Notes under the pieces: model-generated | What the model saw: only the letters and a program-made list of their open reading frames with translations | Told to the model about the DNA's origin: nothing | The model's database searches: none | Program-made: the position numbers and the translations under genes | Source of the DNA: an uncultured Chthonomonadaceae bacterium | GTDB taxonomy: Bacteria > Armatimonadota > Chthonomonadetes > Chthonomonadales > Chthonomonadaceae | Direction of reading: 5' to 3' | NCBI GenBank assembly: GCA_963835065.1 | Contig: CAWIEK010000038.1 | Span: 1 to 23,466 of the forward strand | Length of the DNA: 23,466 bases | In this document: positions 1 to 8,217 of the stretch, one piece after another | Layout: each line of letters begins with the position of its first letter | Position numbering within the stretch: position 1 is the first letter of the stretch

Positions 1-69
1 TTGGCGCGTAAAAGGCAGCATCTCGTCTTTTGTCTTGTCAGAAAATTCGTTGTCAGGAGAAGTTTTTCA

Positions 70-3000
70 ATGGTCAACCTGCCCCTGTTCTTGCATCGCC
101 GCACTGTGAAACCGGACCATCCCTTGCAGCCTTACAGCCCGCAAACGCTGCGCAAAAATTCCCGGTTGGATGGCGCGACGCTGACGCACAGCATCTGCCC
201 GTACTGCGCGGTGGGGTGCAGCCTGAACGTGTATACCAAAAGCGGCCAGATCATTGACATCGAAGGCAACCCGGACAGCCCCATCAACGAGGGTACGCTG
301 TGTCCCAAAGGCGCGAACACGTTTCAGCTTGTGCGCAATTCCCACCGCGTTCAACATGTGCTGTACCGCGCCCCGTTTTCGGATCGTTGGGAACAAAAAC
401 CGCTGGCGTGGGCGCTGGAGCAGATTGCGCAGCGGGTGAAGGACACGCGGGAGCGGGGCTGGAAAGACAACAGCGCGGACGGGCAGAGGCTCAATCATGT
501 TACCAATATGGGCACGTTGGGCGGGGCTACGCTGGACAATGAAGAAAATTATCTGATTAAGAAGCTGTTTTCGGCGGGGATGGGCGTGGTATCGGTGGAA
601 AATCAGGCGCGCATTTGACACTCCGCTTCCGTCCCCAGTCTGGGGGCGTCGTTCGGCAGGGGCGCGGCCACCACCTATCAGCAGGATTTGGCGAACAGCG
701 ACTGCATTTTAATCATGGGTTCTAACATGGCCGAAGCGCATCCCGTCGGCTTTCGCTGGCCCATGAAAGCCAAAGAGCGCGGCGGCAAAATCATCCATGT
801 AGACCCGCGCTTTACGCGCACGTCTGCCGTTTCCGATCTTTACGTTCCCATCCGGGCAGGAACCGACATCGCGTTTTTGGGCGGAATCATCAACTATATC
901 CTGACAAATGAGCGTTGGTTCAAGGAATACGTTCTCGCGTATACCAATGCTTCCACGATCATTCAGGAGGGGTATCAGGATACCGAAGATTTGGAGGGCG
1001 TTTTCAGCGGCTATGATCCCCAAACCCGCCAGTATGAAGGGAATAAAGGGCATTGGGGCTACGCCGATTCGCTGAGTGACAGGCCACAGGACAATCAGAG
1101 TGGGCAGGACAGCCCGAATGAGCAAGGCGGTGGCGGGCAGGGGCAGGAGACGAAAGGCGGCGCGGGCATACAGGGCTACGCCATTATGGGCGGCGCGACC
1201 AGCCATTCCAGCCGCAACTCCGACTCGACGGAACAACCGGACGGGCAGCCTCCCCACGATGAAACGCTGCAAGACCCGCATTGCATCATGCAGGTTCTGC
1301 GCCGCCACTTTGCCCGCTACACCCCGGAACTTGTCTCGGAAATCTGCGGCTGCTCGCCCGAACAACTGATCCAAACGGCGGAACTGCTGTGCGACAATTC
1401 GGGCCGGGAACGCACAAGCGCCATCTGCTATGCGGTGGGATGGACACAACACGCAACCGGCGTACAGATTATACGCGCGGCCAGTATTCTGCAAACCCTG
1501 CTTGGCAACATGGGGCGTCCCGGCGGCGGCATCATGGCCTTGCGTGGACACGCCAGTATTCAAGGTTCGACGGACATTCCCACGCTCTATGACTTGATGC
1601 CCGGTTATCTGCCCCAACCCGCCGCCGATGCGAAACACGCCACGCTGGACGGGTATTGCGATATGGAGGGACTGCCGACCGGCTATTGGGCGAATTTCAA
1701 GGCGTTTACCGTCAGCCTGCTCAAAGCCTATTACGGCGACGCGGCACAATTTGAAAACCAGTTTCGGTACGAATGGCTGCCGCGCATTGACGACGATTAT
1801 TCGATGGTGCTGTACATGGACAAAATGGCGAAGGGCGAAGTGGACGGTTATTTCGTCTTCGGGCAGAACCCCGCTGCCGGAACCACAAACGGCAAACGCG
1901 CCCGGCAGGGTTTGCGCAATTTGAAATGGCTTGTGGTTGCGGATTGGTTCGAGACGGAAACGGCCACGTTCTGGCGCGACGACCCGACTGCGCCACCGTC
2001 GTCGGAAATCGGAACCGAAGTGTTCTTCATTCCCGCCGCCACATCGCCCGAAAAGGAAGGCAGCCTGACCAACACGCAGCGGCTCCTGCAATGGCACGAC
2101 AAAGCGCTTGACCCGCCGCACGATTGCCGCTCCGACCTGTGGTTCGTGTACAATCTGGGCAAGAAACTCAAGGAACTGTACCACGACAGCATTGATCCCA
2201 AAGACGCGGCGTTACTTAATCTGACATGGGATTACGATTATGAGGAACCGCCGCGCCTGCCCGATGGCACATTGAGCAAAATCGAAGGCGAGCCGGACGC
2301 GAACCGCGTTTTGCAGGAAATCAACGGCTGGCACGTCAACCAAATGGACGCTGCAACGGGCAAGCCGAAACTGCTGACGGGATTTGCCGAGTGCAAGGAC
2401 GACGGCAGCACGGCCTGCGGCGGCTGGATTTACAGCGGCGTGTTCCCGGAATCCACGCGCAACCGCGCCCGCGAACGCCAAAGCCATGACGCTAACCCCC
2501 TGCATCCGAATTGGGGCTACGCCTGGCCGCATAATCGGCGCATCCTGTACAACCGGTGCAGCGCGGACCCAACCGGCAATCCCTGGTCGGAGCGTAAGAA
2601 ACTGATCTGGTGGGATGGCGCACAGAAGAAGTGGATAGGTGATGATGAGCCGGACTTCGAGCCGGACAAAGCGCCCGATTACCGCGCCAAGCCGGACAGC
2701 AAGGGCATGGAAGCGATTGGCGGGGCTGACCCGTTCATTATGAAGCCGGACGGACGGGCGTGGCTGTGGGCGCCGGGCGGCACGAAAGACGGGCCGCTTC
2801 CCACGCACTACGAACCCATCGAATCGCCCGTTCGGAACCTGCTGTACCCGAAATACACGGACAGCCCGACCGTGCGCTATCTGGAATCTCCCGGCAATCC
2901 TATCGCTCACGCGCCCACGCAGCAGTATCCGATTGTGGCCTGCACGTTCCGCATGACGGAGCATTATCTGAGCGGGCCGATGAGCCGCTTCAACAGTTGG

Positions 3001-3444
3001 CTCAACGAACTGATGCCCGCCATGTTCGTGGAACTCAGCCCGGAACTCGCGGCGGAAAAAGGGATTGAAAACGGCGGCTGGCTGACGGTCATCAGTATGC
3101 GCGGCGAGATCGAAGCGCGGGCGCTGGTCACGCGCCGCCTCCATTCCCTGCACGTGCAGGGGCAAACGGTACACCAGATCGGCATCCCGTTTCAATGGGG
3201 TTACGCGGGCGAAACGGTGGGCAGCAGTGTCAATGACCTGATCGCCATGTCCGCCGACGCGAATGTGTCCATACACGAGTCAAAGGTCTTCGCCTGCGAA
3301 ATCCGGGCGGGACGAACGGCGCGGCAGCCAACCCAACCAACCGCGCAAACGCAGCCCTGGGCGAACCGCGATGCCATCCCCGACACGCCTACCGCTGCGC
3401 AACCGGAAGGCCACATGAGGAAGAAGACAGAAGACAGAAGGTAG
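70..3444 (+). CDS. fdhA: Formate dehydrogenase alpha (Mo/W-bis-PGD) subunit, selenocysteine-containing; one CDS read through UGA at 616-618
   Basis: The ORFs 1..618 and 688..3444 are in the same frame and separated only by TGA in the context ENQARI-U-HSASVPSLG, the FdnG/FdoG active-site motif. Other motifs: N-terminal 4Fe-4S CPYCAVGC...LCPKG, DxANSDCILIMGSNMAEAHP, ALRGH, and a C-terminal molybdopterin-binding domain. AGGAGA RBS at 55-60 precedes ATG at 70. Confidence 0.95.
631..647 (+). promoter_or_regulatory. Bacterial SECIS element
   Basis: Hairpin GTCCCCA-GTC-TGGGGGC begins 12 nt after the UGA. Loop G and U fall at +23/+24 counting from the U of UGA, as in the E. coli fdhF SECIS. Confidence 0.8.
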
Positions 3445-3537
3445 AAGACAGAAGAAATGCCTGTTTACTCAAAGTCTTGTGCAATAGTAACAGCTTGTAG
3501 GAGCGGGTTCTTCTGTCTTCTGTCTTCTGTCTTCTTC
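3420..3537. repeat. Inverted heptamer-repeat element: (AGAAGAC)n arm, 51-nt core, (GTCTTCT)n arm
   Basis: Left arm 3420-3456 and right arm 3508-3537 are reverse complements apart from one extra variant unit on the left. The spacer 3457-3507 is 51 nt. The left arm contains the fdhA stop codon. Confidence 0.85.
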
Positions 3538-3551
3538 AAAAGGTATTGATA

Positions 3552-4406
3552 ATGATTGAACCGATACGCAATGTGATGCAGTTGGTAAGGCCGGAAGAGA
3601 TTCGGGCGGTTGAGCGGGACGCGCAGGGCATGAAGCCTGCGATGGGTTTCTTTACGGATACCACGCTTTGCATCGGGTGCAAGGCGTGTGAGGTGGCGTG
3701 TAAGCAGTGGAACCAACTGCCTTCCGACGGCTACAACTTTACGGGCAACAGTTACGACAATACGAGTCATTTGTCGGAAACGACGTGGCGGCACGTGGCA
3801 TTTGTGGAGCAGATTAGCAGTGGCGGGGATCGGGAACGCAGCCGGTGGCTGATGATGAGCGACGTGTGCAAGCATTGCGTGGAAGCGCCCTGTCAGGAAG
3901 CGTGTCCGACGGGGAGTTTGATTTACAACGAATATGGCAATGTGTACGTGCAGCCGGATATTTGCAACGGATGCGGCTATTGTATTCCCGCCTGTCCGTT
4001 CGGCGTCTTAGGGCGCAGCGAGGAGGACGGCCATGCCCACAAATGCACCCTTTGCTATGACCGCCAGCGTTTCGACATGACACCCGCCTGCGCCAAAGCC
4101 TGCCCGACCGCGAGTATACAGTTCGGGCCGCTTGAGGAACTGCATGAGCGGGCAAAGCGGCGCGTAGAAGCCCTTCATGCGCAAGGGGAAACGGAAGCCT
4201 ATTTATATGGCGCGGAGCCGACCAAGGAGTACAGCGCTCTCAACGCCTTTTTCCTGCTTGCGGATCATCCTAACACGTACAATCTGCCTGAAACGCCCCA
4301 AAAACCCACAACCGGCATGAAGCGGCGTTACGGCTGGAGCCTGCTGACGGGCGCGGCCCTGACCGTCTTTTCCGCAGTGGTCTTTGCGCGTGGAGGGCGG
4401 AAATGA
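3552..4406 (+). CDS. Formate dehydrogenase beta (iron-sulfur) subunit, FdnH/NrfC-like
   Basis: Cys clusters CIGCKACEVAC, CKHCVEAPCQEACP, CNGCGYCIPACP and KCTLC...PACAKACP, plus a C-terminal TM anchor. Directly downstream of fdhA. ATG 3552 preferred over TTG 3546. Confidence 0.92.
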   Translation: MIEPIRNVMQLVRPEEIRAVERDAQGMKPAMGFFTDTTLCIGCKACEVACKQWNQLPSDGYNFTGNSYDNTSHLSETTWRHVAFVEQISSGGDRERSRWLMMSDVCKHCVEAPCQEACPTGSLIYNEYGNVYVQPDICNGCGYCIPACPFGVLGRSEEDGHAHKCTLCYDRQRFDMTPACAKACPTASIQFGPLEELHERAKRRVEALHAQGETEAYLYGAEPTKEYSALNAFFLLADHPNTYNLPETPQKPTTGMKRRYGWSLLTGAALTVFSAVVFARGGRK

Positions 4407-4806
4407 CCCCGTCCTCGCGTAAGGTGGAAGCGCCCAAAAGTTACTACGACGTGCCGATGCTCAAGCCGCCCGTGTGGAAGTGGGAAATCGCCACGTACTT
4501 TTTTCTTGGTGGGCTGTCGGCGGGCGCGTACCTGCTGGCTCGCATGGCGTCCCGCTTCGGCAATAGGCGTTACAAGGACATCGAAGAAGCGGGAACCCTG
4601 ATTGCCGCGATTGCCTTCGTGCCGTGCGCCCCCTTGCTCATCCGCGATTTGGGCGACTGGAAGCGGTTCCACTACATGCTGCGCGTTTTCAAACCCAAAT
4701 CCCCGATGAATCTCGGAACGTGGGTCCTTACCGGCTACGGCGCGTTCGTCACCCTTGCCGCGCTGAAAGAGTGGCGTAAAAGCAGGAATTCACCACCCGC
4801 TGCGCT

Positions 4807-4920
4807 AGAGACACAGAGACACAGAGAGGGAATACAGAGAAAAGAAGAAAAGAAGAAAAGAAGAAAAGGAGAAAAGGAGACAGGACAGGGAACAGGGAAC
4901 AGGGAACAGGGAACAGAAGA
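4807..4920 (+). repeat. In-frame cluster of short tandem repeats inside nrfD
   Basis: AGAGACAC x2-3, AAAGAAGA/AAAGGAGA x5 and GGGAACA x4 are visible directly. Confidence 0.85.
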
Positions 4921-5508
4921 GAATACGGAAGAGGATGTCCTTTCAACTATCAACTCTGTCCTTCTGGATGGCGGGGGCGTACCGCTGGCGCTGCTGCTGG
5001 CGGGGTATACGGGGGTGCTGCTTAGTACGACGGCCACGCCGCTTTGGGCGCGCAAGAACTGGCTGGGCGCGTTGTTCAGCGCGTCGGCGATCAGTACGGG
5101 CGCGTCGGCGATTGAACTGGCGCTGCAAATGAAATCGGCGGATGCGGACAGCGCGGCCTTCCCATGCGCCCTTGAAGCGGATAGATACGGCAGCCAAGAT
5201 TACGGAAGCCGTTGCGCTGGCCGGCTATTTGACGGAAGCGGGCAGGCTGGCCGCGCCGATTACCAGAGGCAAGTACGCGCCGCATTTGTGGGGCGGGGCG
5301 GTGGGCGCAGGCTTGATTGGTTCCGCCGTGCTGGGAGCCATCCCGGTGAAGAACCTGAAAACGCGCCGTGCGTTGCGGATTGCGGGCGGCGTGGCGGGGT
5401 TGGCAGGCGGTTTTGCGCTGCGGTGGGCCATTTCACAGGGCGGGCACATCTCCGGCAAAGACCCACAAGCCGCCCGCGATTCAGCAAGCCCAGGTCACTG
5501 TAGATGCT

Positions 5509-5533
5509 TGCCGGGGATTGAAAATCCCCGGCA
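5509..5533. repeat. Palindromic hairpin (REP-like or terminator-like)
   Basis: TGCCGGGGATT-GAA-AATCCCCGGCA, a perfect 11-bp stem with no U-tract. Confidence 0.6.
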
Positions 5534-5686
5534 CGAACATCGCATGACTTTCCGGCAGGATATTTCCTTCTGACTGTCCAATAGTGTCAACGGTGTTGCC
5601 TGCCCTCCATTCAAGCCCGAATCACGCATTCCATAACCCATTTTTTCTACGAGACCGCACCCCCGGCGGCTTTCAGGAGACCTGTG

Positions 5687-6031
5687 ATGCTTCTTTTTCA
5701 ACAATCCGTATCCCGACGACTTTACTGTGCATTTGTCCTTACCCTATGCCTTTTGCCCGGCTGTGGCGGCGGTTCCACAAGCACTGTTGCAACCGACCGC
5801 GCACTCAAGCAGCAATTTTATGGCATCAATACTGCGGGCGCTACCTACACGGTGGAGGCTCCCATTGACCAGAGCAAGCCCGTTACGGTTACGGTCGGCG
5901 GCTCGGCGCAAATGCAGGGCAAAGACTACTTCATTGACCAAACCTTTCCCAATATCGTTCATCTCTACAAGCCAGTTCCCGCGGATACGCTTGTTGACAT
6001 CGCGTATTCGTCGCACACGACGGCGCAGTAG
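5687..6031 (+). CDS. Small hypothetical lipoprotein
   Basis: AGGAG RBS at 5675-5679, basic N-region (RR), hydrophobic core, lipobox LPG-C followed by a GGGSTST linker and a small beta-rich domain. The stop abuts the convergent gene. Confidence 0.7.
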   Translation: MLLFQQSVSRRLYCAFVLTLCLLPGCGGGSTSTVATDRALKQQFYGINTAGATYTVEAPIDQSKPVTVTVGGSAQMQGKDYFIDQTFPNIVHLYKPVPADTLVDIAYSSHTTAQ

Positions 6032-6035
6032 AGTG

Positions 6036-8015
6036 TTACCCAAAAAAGACGGAATAGCCCTGCACCGCATCACCGGACAAGCCGCCCATCAGCCCCCACA
6101 GGATACCGGCGACGGCAAAATGACCGAGCGCCAGTCCGAGGAAAAAGGGAACGAGGCGGCGGTAAAAGGCCATGCCCCCGTAGCGCAGGGCGAGGGATTT
6201 CAGCATCCAGACGACCAGAAACGAAAACCAGATCAGGCTGCCGTAACTGCATGTCATGGCGTAACCGAGGGGGTGCAGGAGAAACCCGGCGAATTGCAGG
6301 CGCAATGCCCATAGCAGGTACACGACCAGCCCGCCGACTGTGGTTGCCCAGATGCGCGGCAGTTGCGGATGGCGGGGCGTACTCGAGTATTCCGCGGCGG
6401 CTTTGTATTCCGGCTGCGCGATCCACGTGCCCCAGATGCCGCGCAGGTTTTGCGCCCCGTAGTGGTAAAACGGCGTCAGGTGGTTGTACCAGCCGATGAG
6501 AAAGCCGACGCCGACGGCAAGGCAAACGGCAAAGACTAAACGGCGCGGGTTGATATGGGCGCGGCGCGACAACTCCATACCTTCCACCTGATAGCCCGTC
6601 ATGGCGGGAAAATAGCCGCGCGCCAGAAACGTAAACAGCGCCCATGTCGGCAACGTGGTTTGCCCGCTTGCCAAAAACGGCTGCGAACCGAAGGTGAACA
6701 GAAGGACTTGTTTCTGCATGTAGTAGGGGAACAGCCACACAAGCGGAACCCCGGCTTCCGCGCGCAAGCGGCCATACACGAGCGCAACCGCCAGCACCAG
6801 CAGGATATAGACAAACGCGACCCACGCCGCCATACCCGCCAGCGTCGCAAAACTCCACACGACGACAAACCCACTTCCAAGCCCCGCGAAAATCCACCGC
6901 GCTGAAATGCCTTCCGGCCCGTATTCCTTTTTGCCGCTTACCGCCGCCCGCCAGATGGTTCGCAGGGGACGTCGGGAAATCCACACGAGCATTGCCGCCA
7001 ACACCAGATACGCGCCGATGCCCTGTTCCTGTGGATACGGCAACTGCCCCGGCGTCGCGCCCATCGAAACGCCGAAGACTGCCGCTAATTTCATGGCAAA
7101 ATACGACAGCCACACGGTCAGGCTGATTTCTGTGGAAACCAGAAAGCCAAGCCCGATCAGTTCCGGCCTGATTTCGATTTTCAGCGGGGCAATTTCACTC
7201 CAGGGTGGGTTGGCGAAAAAGGGCGAAAAATCAATATCTTTGCCCGGCGCGGGTAGGGAGGGGTAGAAGACATGGACAATGTTGACCAGATTGTACAGGC
7301 CGGCAACCAGAAACCCGCTCCACATTAATTTGTTGCGGAAAAACGGGGTTTTGCCGCCTTCTTCGCCCGTCATGGCAAGCGGGATAAACACCTGCGGAAA
7401 GGCAAGCCGCTCTTCCGACCACACGCGGTAAAACAGCGCCATCAGGCAATACAGCGTCCACCACAAGGCGAGAAAAAAGATCAGCCAGCAGCCCATCGGC
7501 GCAAGCCAGTAGCGCCAGGGAACCGTCCCATCCGGGCTGCGCTCGTACATTTGCCGGACGATTTCAAGGTTATGCGGCATCAGCCACGTGGGTAGAAATG
7601 GACGAACGGCGGGGATGTTATCGGTTTTGAAGTAAAAGGGCGCACCCATCAGCGCGAACAAAAACTGCGTGACGCCCACGCCCATCATGGTGCTGCTCAG
7701 GGTAACAAACAGGAAAATCACGAGCAGTTCGGCGCGGGACAGGGGCCGGACGCGCCGGGTACGTCGCAAGAGCGCGTTAATCGGCAGCAGCAAAATCAGC
7801 GCGGCCAAACCGGGAATGGCGGGAATGCTTTCCGTTATTTGCGTGGACAGCACAATGATTTCGGCCTGCCGCACCCACAGGCCCGCAAGCACCGTCAGCG
7901 CAAGGGCAATCACGAGCGAGCGGCCTGTCAGTCCCGGCTGCATTTCCACGTCAGGCGACATTGACGGGGCTTCGGACGATGTTGGTATCGAAGTTTGATC
8001 CGCCGAAAAAGCCAC
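6036..8015 (-). CDS. DUF6785/DUF6784-type polytopic membrane protein (putative OPT-like transporter)
   Basis: 659 aa with many hydrophobic helices. Motifs W..EERLAFP, IGLGFL..TEISLTVW, R.RAEAG.P and HPLGY match my recollection of this family. GTG start with AAAGGAG RBS. Confidence 0.75.
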   Translation of the reverse strand: MAFSADQTSIPTSSEAPSMSPDVEMQPGLTGRSLVIALALTVLAGLWVRQAEIIVLSTQITESIPAIPGLAALILLLPINALLRRTRRVRPLSRAELLVIFLFVTLSSTMMGVGVTQFLFALMGAPFYFKTDNIPAVRPFLPTWLMPHNLEIVRQMYERSPDGTVPWRYWLAPMGCWLIFFLALWWTLYCLMALFYRVWSEERLAFPQVFIPLAMTGEEGGKTPFFRNKLMWSGFLVAGLYNLVNIVHVFYPSLPAPGKDIDFSPFFANPPWSEIAPLKIEIRPELIGLGFLVSTEISLTVWLSYFAMKLAAVFGVSMGATPGQLPYPQEQGIGAYLVLAAMLVWISRRPLRTIWRAAVSGKKEYGPEGISARWIFAGLGSGFVVVWSFATLAGMAAWVAFVYILLVLAVALVYGRLRAEAGVPLVWLFPYYMQKQVLLFTFGSQPFLASGQTTLPTWALFTFLARGYFPAMTGYQVEGMELSRRAHINPRRLVFAVCLAVGVGFLIGWYNHLTPFYHYGAQNLRGIWGTWIAQPEYKAAAEYSSTPRHPQLPRIWATTVGGLVVYLLWALRLQFAGFLLHPLGYAMTCSYGSLIWFSFLVVWMLKSLALRYGGMAFYRRLVPFFLGLALGHFAVAGILWGLMGGLSGDAVQGYSVFFG

Positions 8016-8045
8016 CTGTTCTCCTTTTGTTCCTGCGCTGTTGTG

Positions 8046-8191
8046 GCGACGGGCGGAACCCCTTCGCTGTATGGCGTTCCGCCGACTGTCCTTCGGACAG
8101 AATACTCTTTACCAACGGGTTGTGTCCGAAGGACATAACATGTTATGTCCCTACGCCGCAGACCATACAGCGAAGGGGTTCCGCCCGTCGC
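8046..8191. repeat. Nested palindromic REP/BIME-like element
   Basis: Perfect 29-bp inverted repeat (8046-8074 / 8163-8191), inner 13-bp inverted repeat (8087-8099 / 8123-8135) and palindrome GGACATAACATGTTATGTCC followed by CTAC (8131-8154). Confidence 0.85.
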
Positions 8192-8217
8192 GCAAACTCA
8201 GGGGTAGCGAGAGTGTG

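Larger units (their letters stand above)
4403..5573 (+). pseudogene. nrfD: NrfD/PsrC-family membrane anchor, frameshifted near 5158-5163 (pseudogene or sequencing error)
   Basis: N-terminal part has YYDVPMLKPPVWKWEIATYFFLGG, DLG..RF..ML, SPMxxGTW and YTGVLL..TA.P.W. Hydrophobic helices continue in a different frame (HAPLKRIDTAAKITEAVALAGYL...GGFALRWAI). The start overlaps the beta-subunit stop (ATGA). The true 3' end is uncertain (5503 or 5573). Confidence 0.8.

Noticed and set aside
97..111. RR in the FdhA N-terminus (LHRRTV) as a Tat signal
   Set aside because: No xFLK-like consensus and no hydrophobic h-region follows.
1..618. Separate 205-aa ORF, or fdhA pseudogene with a premature stop
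   Set aside because: The TGA is at the Sec position and is followed by a SECIS-like hairpin. The real start is ATG 70, not TTG 1.
709..3276. Long antisense ORFs (491 aa, 354 aa)
   Set aside because: Shadow frames of the GC-rich fdhA with no recognisable motifs.
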